Source: Antedon mediterranea (Eukaryota; Animalia; Echinodermata). From it: DNA of 64,000 bases. Positions within the stretch are counted from its first letter, which is position 1. The number at the start of each line of letters is the position of its first letter. The notes under the pieces are model-generated. The model made no database searches. It saw only the letters and a program-made list of their open reading frames with translations, and was not told the DNA's origin. The stretch covers positions 37,086,304-37,150,303 of the forward strand of contig NC_092671.1 in NCBI RefSeq assembly GCF_964355755.1, read 5' to 3'. This document shows positions 39,764-53,891 of the stretch, piece by piece. The position numbers were made by a program, and so were the translations under genes.

Positions 39764-40957
39764 CTTTAAAACAAAATTAAAATGTAAGACTGTATTATAA
39801 CAATAAATATGTGAATAAATCACTGATCAGAACGTTTTTGGTCGTTTTCCTACAGACAGTGGCCTAACACAGGTCCTTGGTTTAGGAACCAACGCTGGAG
39901 ACCTGATTTTTAGCCTTTTCGACACATTTTAGTGTATGTTTGTTTTCCTCTGGGCACTGGTCAGGGGCCAATTAGAGCTCATAGCCGTTACGCCACTGCC
40001 TACAGACTATATAGTTCAATTCCAGGTGCTGTGGAATTTCTTTTCGGGAATGCAAATAGGCTTCTACTGAAAATTATAGGAGATACCCGGCCTATCTATA
40101 GGTAAACACTTCCATAGTATTTATATTATAGTTGCATTCAGAGTGTGGCTTATCGGTCTAAGTGCGCTCGTTCAAAGAATGGATTATGCATTCGTACTAA
40201 AAGACCACCACTGCTCACAGATAGTATCATACTGCTCACAGCATATATATACAACAGACAACCACAGAGGTACCTCCATGAACAGACCACGGACCTATGC
40301 AATGTTATAGCTACATGCATAGACCACTAATTTATAGGTCCATGCATAAAACATCAACACATAATCCAGTAACAAAAACTATTACCTGAAAAACCATAGT
40401 GAACAGCACATACGTCTGGCTGACAATGCGTGAGTTGCTACCAAAATATAACACTATAGCCTTGTTGTAACCCCTTTTGTGTTTACTATAATAGTTAGTG
40501 CTAATGCTAATCTATCACGAAACTGTTCGGTTCAATCATTACTCCATGGTTCAATCGGTAACCGAATATCATAATGTGTGATGAACATAACAATGCCACG
40601 ATATGAAACTGTTGCTGTTTACACAATTAAGATATACTGAGGGTTTTGTTGAGTTGTTTGCTTATGGTTTGGTATTATTACGACGTAGGCTGAAATTATC
40701 TCATTCTAGTATTGATTCAAGCATACGTTAAGTATTGAAAGCAATAGATAAGTTATGTGCACTTAAGAACCCGAGTCGTGTCTTAATACATAAACATCAT
40801 AAATTTTAATTAACTACTATTCAAATTTATTTCGATTATACCGATAATAAAACTACACTAGTTAATTAAATGAGAGAAAGCTTTGTTTCTATCACGCAGA
40901 AGGCGGCGAAAGGGAGAAGGGGAAGTGGCGTAACGGCTATGATGAGTGCTCACTAAT

Positions 40958-41116
40958 GCTTTGTCCCCACTTGTGAGACGCAAGACAACGACGTAACGCA
41001 ATGTAAGGGATTTGACCAATCACAAGCGAGGGATTTATTCGAATGTTGCTTGTCATTGGTCAACTCGTTTGCGTTGCGTCTACGTCCTTGCGTTGCGTCC
41101 TAGTGGGAACCCAGCT
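40958..41116. mobile_element. Palindromic Harbinger-like MITE nested inside a CAGTGGCG-family MITE
   Basis: GCTTTGTCCCCACT ... AGTGGGAACCCAGC termini, internal inverted ACGCAA/TTGCGT and GACCAAT/ATTGGTC, TAA flanks. Confidence 0.55.
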
Positions 41117-42594
41117 TAACTAACCAGAGTCCCAAAGCTTAGGGGGCCATGTGCAGTGCCCAGAGGAAAAAAACAGGCACTAAAATGCCAAAAAGTCCCC
41201 CAGATTGGAACTTGGAGGGCCACTTATAGGATTTATAAACCAGGGGCCTCGTGCCTCTGCGTTACGCCACTGGAAGGGGTGATGGGGGGGGGGGGGGTGG
41301 GTTGGAGGGTGTTCATTTACATTATTATTCAACCTCGGGAAGATGAGAAAATAAATTACATTACATAGTGCAGTCTGATTGTATTAATTTGTCTGGTAAA
41401 CTTTTTTTTTTTAAATTTGGACTAATTAGGTTGTATTGTCAGGGATTAATTATGAAGTATAATGTAATTATTGTGAAATTTACCTTGAAATTTACCTTGA
41501 ATCGCCACAGTCCATCTTCTTTTGATAGAGTGTGGCAGGGTTAAGGGGGCTTTTTGGCCCATTATAAACCCATGTGTTTATTTATCTCTTTCTTGAAGCA
41601 GAGTAGGTTTGGAGCAGATATTGCACTTTGTGGTAAGTAGCCTATTACAATCATAATCGATTTTCAAACATTACTGATTATACCAATGACAGTATAATAA
41701 GACTTGAGTCGCAATAAATATACAAATAACTATAGATGGTATAATTCGATTAAATACATGAATACAGAATTAATATCGACTATGACTCTATTGGTAGAGT
41801 ACGGTGCCAATTGCCACCCGCCACCCGTATTTCTGACGAATAAACTGAACTCCTACGGTGTCTGTTATATAAAAAGCGACCTGTATAAGCCTACGTTTAC
41901 ACGGTTAACTGGTTATACTGTATACATACATTGTTGGCATTCTTCAACTTCTGTATTGTTTTTATGTTTGTTCGCATAACAATAGAACTTGTTGAAATGC
42001 CCAAAGTCAGGTTTCTCAATAGATTCCCTTTTATAGGCGCGGCCTGCAACGCTGCAGTATCCTAGACACTAACACAATGTAAGTATTCTGTTTTCTTCAT
42101 TAATTTTACGTTAATACACAGACCTCCTATTCATAAAAAGTTATTATTCGCACTGTCTTAGGCCTAGTGATGACGTACGGTAGTGTGCATAGGCTATTTG
42201 CACGTTGGTTTTATATCTAATTAGGCTACAACTCCCTGTATTTTATAGGAAGAGCACAATACACGTGTAAATGATCATGGACCAATAGAGATCCGATGGT
42301 CTGTGTTAACTCTGTAGGCCTACTTATATTAGTGTTTTCTAGGCCCAGGGTGTAGATATACCGTACACAGCGCCAGTGTAATTTTTAAAACCACGTGCTA
42401 TAGGGAATATGGTAATCTGTACAGGTGCTACACTTACACCACCACCTGTATAGAATCGTCGACAGCTCAGTGAAAATCAGAAGACCACATATTTCATGAT
42501 GACGGTATATTTAATTAGTGCATGATTTTGTATACATTTTATTTTATTTTTTTCAGACATTTATCAACGCTTAAGGTTCAACGCATCAAGAAAA

Positions 42595-44392
42595 ATGTTT
42601 GTAAGTACCGTAGACTTTTTTATACGTTGTATTGACCTAGGCTCATTAATTATAATACTAATCTGTACCCTCTCATCTCATGAGATGTAACTACACATGA
42701 AGAACTAGTGTTGCTCAAAAGCTCTGCTAATTTTTCTGGCTGTTTTACTTCATCGTTTTGATTTAGCTTTTTGCTTATTTTATTTTGTATCTTCATTGAG
42801 ATCCAGCCACTGATACCCACAGCATTGTCATTAAAAAAAAGTAATTTGCCTTGGGATTTATATATTCGTTCATTCATTCAATATTGTTTAATCTCGAATA
42901 TACAATTATTTTAATTTTATTATGTGGCCAGTGTGCTTCGTTTGTGGTTTTTTTTATGTGAATTTGAGCTTTGTCCTGTTTTTATTGTTATTTTTTAGTC
43001 ACTTTTATCATGTAAAAATCTATCGCAATTCAGTTTTACTATGAATTTGATCTTGATAAATATACCATATGAATCAAATATGTTTTTAACAATTTTAACG
43101 GTTTTATTTCTCAGAACAAACGTTATTTAACCACGAAAAAGATCTGGATCAGTTTCTTAAGTTTCATTGCAGTAGTCGGTACTGTAAAGTTATTTCATGT
43201 TATCAAAATGGATTTTCCCGAAAAGAGTGACGTCATGGACCTAGTACGTGGCGCTAGTAAACATTTGATTGCTAAAAATAAAGTCGTGAAAGCGAATCTT
43301 CTTCCCAGTAATACGAGTCCGAAAGAGATATTAATATTCGGGGACATTAGTGTCATCGAAAGTTGGTTTGAATTGAGTGTAATGGTCAAATGTTTTAGAG
43401 GCTCAAATGGTGTTAAACAATGTCCAGTATTTTGTCCGAAATATAATTCTTCAATTAATCTATCTTTGGGAAGTAAAACTTCCGATTATAAAAACAAAAA
43501 CGCAATCGTTTTCGGACTTTCGCCGTTCACTCTTCTTCGCAACCACGGTGAAGTTACTAACATTAAGAATCCGAAATTTCCGCCAAATGTTTTGACTGTT
43601 TTTTACAGCATGGAGTGTCCATACAGAATCCATAAATGGATCTGGCGTATTCCGGATGGGAAGTACCACGTGACGATGACCTACCTCACAGGATCCAATA
43701 TAACAGTGCCCTATGCGTATTATAAACCATTTGAAAAGGAAAAAGTTCCTAATAAACGAAATTTCGCTGATGGAAAAACTAAACTCATAGCGTGGATGGG
43801 TAGCAACTGCGTGAAGGAAGTATTCTGGCCTAGGATGGAGTTTATTCACCGTTTGCAGTCGCATGTTCCCGTTGATACGTACGGCAAATGTGGCAACTTA
43901 ACCTGCCTACCAAGACTCTCCAAAAAATGTGTTAACATGCTGCAACAATATAAATTCTATTTAGCGTTTGAGAATTCCGAGTGTCATGAATATTTGACGG
44001 AAAAGTTCTGGGCTAGTTCACTTCAAAACGACGTAGTTCCAATCGTTTACGGAGCTAGTAGAGAAGATTTTAAGAAATTTGCACCCGAAAATTCGTACAT
44101 ACACGTCGGTGATTTCAAAAACGTAAAAGAATTAGCAAGTTATATAAAATTACTCGATGAAAACGATCATCTTTATAATAAGTATTTTGATTGGAAGACT
44201 AAAGGCACTGTTGTCAATGTGTATCCTCAAATGGAACCGTCCTATTTCTGTGAGGTTATACCATTTTTAGATAGAAATTTAGAACGTAAACCGCTTAAAG
44301 ATTCCATATGGTATAACTCGTGTCGATCGAAAATCAAACACAAATTTGACCCTAAAAATATCGGCAGCTTTGATAACTGGTCAAGCTGGTAA
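42595..44392 (+). CDS. GT10 alpha-1,3-fucosyltransferase (intact copy), ~427 aa
   Basis: Micro coding exon 42595-42600 (ATG TTT|GTAAGT) plus exon 43115-44392: NKRYLTTKKIWISFLSFIAVVGTV (tail and TM), MECP, WMGSNC..WPR, canonical YKFYLAFENSECHEYLTEKFW, VPIVYGA, SYIHVGDF. Confidence 0.95.
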
Positions 44393-45382
44393 GTTTGAAA
44401 GAAGAAATATGAAAATAATATGAATTATATAGTTAATATAAAAATAAATATTGATAGTGTTTATGTACTCATGATTGTATTTCTGTTTTAGTGCTGTTAG
44501 TGTAGGTCTTCCTTTATATATTAAACATACAGAGCTACAATTCTCTCTCCTGAGGACGATCAAAGCATATTGAGCGAAACGTTGAGAAACTCAACAGTTG
44601 TTTTTGCTGTGGAAAGCCCGATAATAAATATAACACGTTTTTTATGAGGTACTGATCATTTTTGTGGTCCTTTTTGGAGTTCAATGTGTTGGGAAGAAGG
44701 AAGCAATGTTAAGTATCCCTATTGTATCTAGTCTCAAATTTGGTTTGATTGCTAAGGTTGCATCACATTGACTTGCAGGCTTCGTTATTCTCCATGTCAC
44801 ATGGTAATGTCTGTACCCAAATACATTTTGTCATGTAATTTACACTGTTACTTGTTATCATTGCAAATCTAAAAACTTATATAAAGTTTTTTATCTTTAC
44901 AAAGTTTATGAAATTTAAACAACAAACAATTATAGATATAATTAGATGATTGTTTAGGTTTAGCAATAAATAAAAGAAGTTAAGTAGCATAAGTGAAACT
45001 ATTTGAATATGTGTGCGATTTAAAATTGTTGTATCTTAATCTATCCTTCATGTAAGATGATTTAGACTAATAAAGATTATTCTAAATGTGGGGTTTTTAA
45101 AAATAATTTCATTAGATCACAAACAACAAATAATGACAGAAGACAATAGGCTATCCACAACATTTTTGTTTCCATACTTGAAATAATACATTAGGCCTAT
45201 ATTATAAAATAAAAAATTATATGTATAAATATATATTATAAAAGAGTAGTTTCTTATAAAAAATGTATCATCTTTTGAAGACTGATTTTAAAAAAATAAT
45301 AAAGTATCTTATTTTTAAATTAAAATAAAAAAAAATAACTATTTTATGTTTTAATTAACTTAGTATTTACTTACAGGTAAAA

Positions 45383-46775
45383 TAAAAAATAAAAAAACAT
45401 GGAAGGAATTTAAGGTAAAAGATACTTAATCAGTAATATTTTGAATTTAATTTTTTAAAGTTGAAAGTGTTATAGATTTATGGTTTGATTTGTGTAATTT
45501 GAAAGTTTGTTCCATAATTTGGTTGATCGATATACAAAAGTTCTTTTACCGTGTGTATGTTTCCATGATGGTTCAATAAGTGTATTATTACTCTGACTAC
45601 GTGTACAATAATGAGTGCAAGCAATCATTAAAAATAAATTTGTTTGATAATCATAGAGCATGACACATTTAGACACTTGAATAACATTATAAGTATTTGT
45701 TCTTCCCACTTATCACGAAGTTTACAACAGCACCCCAAAGAACTTAAAATATCTATAACTGGTGTTTTAATATCTTCGGAAAGTAAAATTCTTCTAAGTC
45801 TGTTTAACAGTATTTGGAGAGAGTTTGCAAGTTTTGCATTACAATTTGACCAAACACAGTCTCAGTAGTTAAAAAGAGGTATTACTAAAGCATTAGCTAA
45901 CATTTTTAGAGTATTTCCTGGTATACGTAGTACTTTACACGTCAGATAACACCAACTCGTTTAGAGATTTTACATTTCAAATTGTCAACATGTTCTGACC
46001 ATGTTAATTTAGAATCCAACACAACTCCAAGATATTTGAATGAACAACTCTGTCAATACGAGTTCCATTATAGGTTAGGGAAATATTTAAAAATGTGGGT
46101 AAACTGTGGTTTGTTCCAAAGATCACACATTTAGTCTTCTTGATATTCAATGCAAGTCTTTTTTCCTCAAACCATTTAGCAATTTTGTTTAAATTTGAAT
46201 TTAATTCATTTTGAAGTAGAGTGGGATCAGATGAGTTACATATGATTGTAGTGTCGTCTGCATACATAACACACTTCGATTGAGAGTGACATTAGTACAG
46301 GGGCACACCGATGTTCACTTCCATATGAGTAGATTGTGTTGAGTTGATTTTAACAACTTGAGATCTCCCACTAAGATACGAGATGAACCAGTTCAGAGTA
46401 GATGACTTAACAGTGTCAAATGCCTTTTTTAAATCAATGAAGATAGCAGCAGTTGCTTTACCTCCATTTAAGTTATTTAGGATATAATCTGACACACCTT
46501 TCAGGGTAGTGTTTGTTGAGTGGTTTTTCCTAAAGCCAGATTATATTTAGTTATACAGTCATAATTGCTGATGTACAGCACGTTCGATAATTTTAGTAAA
46601 TAATGGTAGGACTGATAGGCCTATTGGTCTGTAATTATTGGGGTCAGCTTTGTTACCATCTTTGTATATAGGTGTGACTCTAGCCTGTTTCCGTTCTAAT
46701 GGAAAAATTGATGTAGAAAGAGATAAGTTATATATATATATATATGCAAGTGAGTCACAAATTACAGGTGCTGAC
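45383..46775 (-). mobile_element. Degraded CR1/L2-group LINE reverse-transcriptase fragment
   Basis: Frameshifted pieces ARVTPIYKDGNKADPNNYRPI, AIFIDLKKAFDTV, WFISYLSGRSQVV..GVP, YADDT, LNIKKTKCVIF, and C-terminal KLWNKL. Confidence 0.88.
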
Positions 46776-46803
46776 AACAATAGAACTTGTTGAAACGCTC
46801 ACA

Positions 46804-49800
46804 TAGTTAGGGAAAATCAGCACCAAACCTAGAAAAAATTATTTACAAAGCGATTTTTATGGGAAAACCTTTATATGAATCTAAAATACCACCAAAAAAA
46901 AAGTTCTAAGGATTTGGCCCATGGGAAACTTTTTTTTGGCGCCATTTTCAAAATGGCCGCTTACAACTTGACATGCTTGTATCTTGGTAACCATTAATCA
47001 TGGAGACTTGGTTTTGGTCTTAAATTGTTTAGAAGATACATATTCCTATTCTTCATAATGAAACATTTTGTCCAAAAGTGACCAGAAATGGTATTTCTGA
47101 CGTTTTGACCTTTGACCTTAGCTTATTATATCTCAATAACTACTGATCGCATAATCTTCATATTGGTCTCAAATTGTTAAGAACATGTATGTTCCTATTT
47201 AGTATAATGGAGCATTATGTACAATTGTGACAAGAAGTATGGTTTTATTAACTTTTAACCTTATATGTGAAAAGAGCACCAAACTTGAGAAAAAAATCAC
47301 ATTTTAAATGTTTTTGAGGGTGGGGGAGGGGATTATTCATCATGTAATAACACCGAAACTTGGATATTGCTCCCAGTCGTTTACTTACTAAAGATTCCTT
47401 ATTATTGGTAATAGTTTAAAATCTACATGTAATTATAGACGTACAATGATATTATTTTTACCAAATAATCAACTTTATTTAAAACATACACCGTCACTTA
47501 GACGAAAGCTGATGATTTTTTTTTTGTTGAGACTAGCCAGATTATTACTGTGTCAGTAAAGCCTAGGTGTCTTCATCAGAAAAATCATGGTCACTTAATG
47601 AAAAGTTACATGAGCCATTTTCACATTTGCCCATACATCCCCCACATGCACTTAAGCATTTAAGCTTACTCTTTCTACAATTACATCTATTCGTTGTACA
47701 CATCTCATTACCATTTCCAGATTTACAGTTACAACACCTTGTCAGGCTTCCGTAAAAATTCAGAGGTATCATACAGGGATGTTGGTATATGTGTCAGTTC
47801 ATATTTTAATGTTTCACGTAGTGAAAAGTTATCACGTTCACTGAGAAGGACAAGTCTTGTAAATAGGGTTGTATTGTTGACATAAGCATTCTTTCCTCCA
47901 ACTTTCACACATTTTTGTAGACATGATCAGATAATGGTTTAATGTTTCGTGTAGACATTCTGTGATTCAGAGGTTTAGCATCTACTTGTTTCTGTATGGT
48001 GAGACCTATATTGTAGCCATTGTCACAATTTACTTCGTTGACGAATTCAGTGGATAAACCTGTCGACAGTGAAACGATGATGTTACTATTCTGTGGATCT
48101 TCAAATGGAGAACGTTCATTGAACCAATTGAGTACTTGACCGAAGGTAGATGTGTCAATTTTCATTGCACTTTGTGAGCATTCTTTGTGTGGCAGGTTTG
48201 GAGTGTTTCCTTTGTCTTCTAGTAGGTGATGGATCTCAGAAAAATGATTCAAAGTCAGTACCCAAGGCAGGTATGTTGCTCCGCTTGTAGTTGAAGTACC
48301 CCTCATCCGGCCCATATAGACAAACCGCCCTGTGATTTTGAATGTCTCATAAGGGTCTGTTCAATTTCTATGTCACTCCATACACCTGCCCACTGTTTTT
48401 CGTTATATCTGATGGTATGATCCCCATTGCAGAATATCGCCCATGTGACAGGATCATCTTTTTTCAGCTGCAACATAGTCTGAAGGTATATACGGCTGCC
48501 TTTAGCATAGTGAGCATGTCCACACGCTGCAAAATAAGGCAGCATTTGTCCAACTGCCTCAATGTGTAGTTCCCAGTTGTTTTCTCGTTCAGCTCTTATG
48601 AAGTTTCGTACTATTATTGTTACCATATAATGAAACTCCGTCCACAGCTTTGCAGTCCTAGATTTCTTGGATATTGCGTCTAGTTGTTTGCTTAACTGCA
48701 AATTTATGTTTTCAGCATGTTGCAAAATTTCCGTGTTGGCTCATATTGGCCGAATACTTGATCTTCAGCTGGTCGAATGGTTCAAAGACTACAGTGTTTA
48801 GACTGCTGACTGAGGATGAAGGATAGTAAGTTATAGGAATTGCAGCATCCTTTACAATTTTGGTTGTATCTAAATCCTTCATTTGTCTGCGGTGTATTCT
48901 ATAGGTTGTGTTGATAATAATGATGAGCAGGTGTTCCACTATTATCATTTGTCATCTTGATCAACCCCATTGCATGAAATGATGTATTCCCGTGCAATGA
49001 ACGAATGTCCAAATCAAGGTTATCGCCAGCAAACTGAACAATCTTAGTATTATAACTTTTCAGTGTCTGTGTCCTCCCTAGTAGAACTCCAATAATCTCT
49101 TAATATTTCATTTTGGGTACTCTTAAAGCATACAATATCTTTTCTGCCCTTTTCACTAGAAAAGTAAATCTCATTACCAAACTCTTCAAGAAGTAGTTTT
49201 TTCAAATACTTTGAACTGTAAAAGAAATCACTATTACTCCCATCATCTGATAACTCTCTCATTATTTCACATAGGTCTTCAGTTGTATAAGAACCAGTTT
49301 TTGCTATATATTCTATTTATGCTTACCAAAATTGCATTTGATATGCTGTTGCTGCACTCTTTCTAACAAACATTTGAAATGTAGCCTGCTAGATGGCGCT
49401 TCCTGATTGGTCAAAAAGCTTAGCCTATGTACAGCCATGTGGTGGCGGTGTTAATACTTGAATTATATTATTAATAATAATTGAATAATATTGGTTAATT
49501 GGGTTCAACGGTCAATAAATGGTATTTCTACTTGCTTTATAGAAAAATGTGTCATTACTGCAAATATAAAGTTGTACATTATAAACAAATTAAGACCAAA
49601 ACCAACTCTCTAGGTCAAATAGTTATGTAGCTATGAAACTTCCGGTCAAGAAAGGTCAAAGGTCAGAAATAGCATTGCTGGTAATTTTTTTGAAAAATAT
49701 TCCATTATTGCAAATAGGAAATTGTACATTGCGAACAATTTGAGACTAAAATTAAGCATATACACTGTGTGGTTAACGAAGTACTAACTCGTTACTAAAA

Positions 49801-49969
49801 ATAGATTGACCTTTATATAAAAGGTCATAACTCCTTCCCCCATAGAGAAAATCACTAGAACTTTTTTTTGGTGACCCCTGGGACTTATATGTTAAGTTTG
49901 ATGATAAAAATCCTTTGTAAATAATTTTTTCCAGGTTTGGTTAAAAAATGACGTTTTTAACCCTAACTA
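46804..49969 (-). mobile_element. Academ-type DNA transposon (decayed transposase) with 3-bp TSD
   Basis: Termini TAGTTAGGG..CCCTAACTA with long imperfect TIRs (CCAAACCT(A/G)GAAAAAATTATTTACAAAG); TSD ACA at 46801-46803 and 49970-49972. ORF remnants FIRAERENNWELHIEAVGQMLPYFAACGHAHYAK, IEQTLMRHSKSQGG and a C-terminal CXC (CNCKSG..C..RCNCRKSKLKCLSACGGC). Confidence 0.8.
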
Positions 49970-50428
49970 ACAGTCAGGTTTGTCAACGGATTCTCGTTTA
50001 TAGACCTGCAACGCTGATGTAAATATACAACAACCCAATGTAAGTACAGTATTCTGTTTTCTTCATTAATTTTACGTTTAATATAAAGACCTAATGGTAA
50101 ACAGTACTTATTATTTGTACTGCCCGGTGGATGACGTAGTGTGGGTAGGCTATTTACACATTGGTTATACAGTATATCTAATTAGGCTACAACTCCCTGA
50201 ATTATTATAAGGAGAGCACATAATACACGTGTACATGATCATGGACCAATAGAGATCTGATGATCTGTGTTAACAATAGCATCTCTAGTTCTAGAGGCCC
50301 AGGGTGTAGATGCACAGCGCCAGTGTAGCCTAATATTGAAAACCACGTGCTATCACCATGCATGATTTTGTATAAACAAATTTTTTTCAGACATTTATCA
50401 ACGCTTAAGGTTCAACGCATCAAGAAAA

Positions 50429-52408
50429 ATGTTTGTAAGTACCGTAGACTTTTTGTGTACGTTGTATTGACTCATTGGATCATTAATTATAATAATAATA
50501 TATTTTACCATCTTATCTTCTTGAGATGTAAGTATACTAAATGAATGGCTTGTGTTGCCCGAAAGCTTTGCTAATTTTTCTGGCTGTTTTACTTTATCGT
50601 TTTGATTTAGCTTTTTGTTTATTTTATTTTGTATCTCCATTGATATCCAGCCACTGATACCCACAGCATTGTCATTTTTTCAGTGCTTATTTTATTTTAT
50701 ATCTCTATTGATATCCAGCCACTGATACCCACAGCATTGTCATTTTTTCAGTGCTTATTTTATTTTGTATCTCCATTGATATCCAGCCACTGATACCCAC
50801 AGCATTGTTATTTTTTTCAGTAAATTTCCTTTGGATTTATATATTAATTCATTCATTCAATTGTTTATTCTCGAATGTACAATTATTTTAATTTTATTCT
50901 ACTATTCTGTATATTGAGATTTAAATCCATTCCCTTTTGTATGTCACCAGCCAGTGCGATTTTATTTTGTTTGTGTTTTTTTAATGTGAATTTGGGCTTT
51001 GTCCTGTTTTTATTGTCACTTTTATCATGTAAAAATCTCTCGCAATTCAGTTTTACTATGAATTTGATCTTGATAAATATACCATATGAATCAAATATGT
51101 TTTAAACAATTGTAACGTTTTATTTCTCACAGAACAAACGTTATTTAACGACGAAAAAGATCTTGATCAGTTTCTTGAGGTTCATTGCAGTAGTCGGTAC
51201 TGTAAAGTTATTTCATGTTATCAAAATGGATTTTCCCGAAAAGAGTGACGTCCTGGACTCAGTACGTGGCGCTAGTAAACATTTTATTGCTAAAAATAAA
51301 GTCGTGAAAGCGAATCTTCTTTCCAACAATACGAGTCCGAAAGAGATATTAATATTCGGGGACATTAGTGACATCGAACGTTGGTATGAATTAAGTGTAA
51401 TGGTCAAATGTTTTAGAGGCCCAAATGGTGTTAAACAATGTCCAGTATTTTGTCCGAAATATAATTCTTCAATTAATCTATCCGTGGGAAGTAAAACTTC
51501 AGATTATAAAAACAAAGACGCAATCGTTTTCGGACTTTCGCCGTTCACTCTTCTTCGCAACCACAATGAAGTTACTAACATTAATAATCCGAAATTCCCG
51601 CCAAATGTTTTGACTGTTTTTTACAGTATGGAGTGTCCATACGTAATCCATAAATCGAATTGGCGTATTCCGGCTGGGAAGTACCACGTGACGATGACGT
51701 ACCTCACAGGATCCAATATAACAGTGCCCTATGCGTACTATAAACCATTTGAAAAGGAAAAAGTTCCTATTAAACGAAACTTCGCTGAGGGAAAAACTAA
51801 ACTTATAGCGTGGATGGGTAGCAACTGCGTGAAGAAAGTATTCTGGCCTAGGATGGAGTTTATTCACCGTTTGCAGTCGCATTCCCGTTGATACGTACGG
51901 CAAATGTGGCAACTTAACCTGCCTACCAAGACTTTCCAAGAAATGTGTTAACATGCTGCAACAATATAAATTCTATTTAGCGTTTGAGAATTCCGAATGT
52001 CATGAGTATTTGACGGAAAAGTTCTGGGCTAGTTCCCTTCAAAACGACGTAGTTCCAATAGTTTACGGAGCCAGTAGAGAAGATTTTAAGAAATTTGCGC
52101 CCGAAAATTCGTACATACACGTCGGTGATTTCAAAAACGTAAAAGAATTAGCAAGTTATATAAAATTACTCGATGAAAACGATCATCTTTATAATAAGTA
52201 TTTTGAGTGGAAGACTAAAGGCACTGTTGTCAATGTGTATCCTCAAATGGAACCGTCCTATTTCTGTGAGGTTATACCATTTTTAGATAGAAATTTTGAA
52301 CGTAAACCGCTTAAAGATTCCATATGGTTTAACTCGTGTAGATCGAAAATCAAACACAAATTTGACCCTAAAAATATCGCCAGCTTTGATAACTGGTCAA
52401 GCTGGTAA
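50429..52408 (+). pseudogene. Tandem duplicate GT10 fucosyltransferase with 2-bp frameshift
   Basis: Exons 50429-50434 and 51133-52408 are near-identical to 42595-44392. CAGTCGCATGTTCCCGTT in copy 1 reads CAGTCGCATTCCCGTT here (~51882), giving a stop at 51891 before the catalytic motif. An assembly error cannot be excluded. Confidence 0.75.
50615..50820. repeat. ~65-bp tandem triplication in the intron of the duplicate FUT copy
   Basis: TTGATATCCAGCCACTGATACCCACAGCATTGT occurs three times here and once in copy 1 (~42800). A related segment occurs in reverse at ~27400-27520. Confidence 0.8.
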
Positions 52409-53891
52409 GTTTATTTTGAAGATAATGTAAATTATAGAGTTAATATATAGATAAATAGGCCTATTGTAATTGTTTTAGATTCGCTGTTTTAGTGCTGTTA
52501 GTATAAGTCTTCATTTTTTATATTATTATATATTGTTTGAAGGTTTGCACGGCGAAATCATTCATCATTTCTCACTCCTGAGGACGATCAAAATAGGCCT
52601 ATATTGATCGAAACTCAACAGTTTTTTTTCAGAACTTATGTAGGCCTACGTGGTGTAGCCTATCCGCAAACTTATCAACATTATCATATTTAACATATAC
52701 AGCTACAATATACCTGTTGAACCGGGCCCGATAATAAATGTGTAAGACCATTTTGTGGTCCTTTTTGGGGTTCAATGTGTCGGGAAGAAGGAAGCAGGGT
52801 GGGGTATCCCCCGTGGCGTAACGGCTATGAGCGCTCACTGGAACCCAGGGGCCCCGGAGCTTATGGAGGCCCTGAGCAGTGCACAGAGGAAAAAACAGGC
52901 ATTAAAATATGCCGAAAAGGCTAAAAACGCCCGAGGGTCACTTAGGTTTCCTAAACCGGCAGGCGCCTCTAAAAACGCCACTGCTTCATTGTATCTCAAA
53001 TTTACCATAGTAATATTGTTATCATTGCAATATGAAACTTAAATCAAGTTTTGTATCTGTACGTTTACGAAATTTAAACAACAAATAATTATAGATATAT
53101 TAGATGATTTGTTTACTTTCGGCAATAAATAAATGAAGTTCAGTAGCATAAGTGAAACTATTTCAATGTGTGCTATTTAAAATTGTTGTATCTTAATTTA
53201 TCCTTCATGTAAGATGATATTGACTAATAAATATTATGCTAAATGTGTGTTTTTTTAAAAATAATTTTCATTAGATCACAAACACCAAATAATGATAATC
53301 TACAACATTTTTTTCAATACTTGAAATAATACATTATATTATAAAATAAAAAATTATATGTATAAATATATTTTACAAAAGAGTAGTTTCTGAAAAAATG
53401 TATCATCTTTCTTTTGAAAGCTGATTTAAAAGAATAAATATAGTATCTTAATTTAAAATAAAAATAATCATAAGTGTAGAACCATTTTTTTAAATTCATT
53501 AATTTAGTATTTACTTACAGGTAAAATTACCTGAGACAACACACAGTAATTTATTCATAGGCTAATGCAAAAGATAGGTTCAGTTTCAGCACTTAATTTT
53601 ACCATTTTTAGGTCCTGGGTCCATGCCCCTCCCCCTATTTCAAAACCCTGGATCCGCCACTTAATAGTCATGCATAGTTTATTTTGGTGAAAGTTCTTCT
53701 TAAGTAGATGTTTTCATTGGCTTTGCCTCTTTTCTGAGGTGTCTTCTGAGATTTCTTCCCTTCTCATCCTGGGTTTAGAACATGCAGTGTCTGTAATGTT
53801 CTCATTATATCCAAGACCAATAACTATGGCTGGCACCACACTGCGATTCATCTTCAGTAACACATTCAAACGTTGTCTACCTTATACGTTT

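Noticed and set aside
41978-53528. Haplotype mis-assembly as the cause of the FUT duplication
   Set aside because: The copies differ by many substitutions and by distinct TE insertions, and unique LINE sequence joins them, which favours a real tandem duplication. Read depth would settle it.
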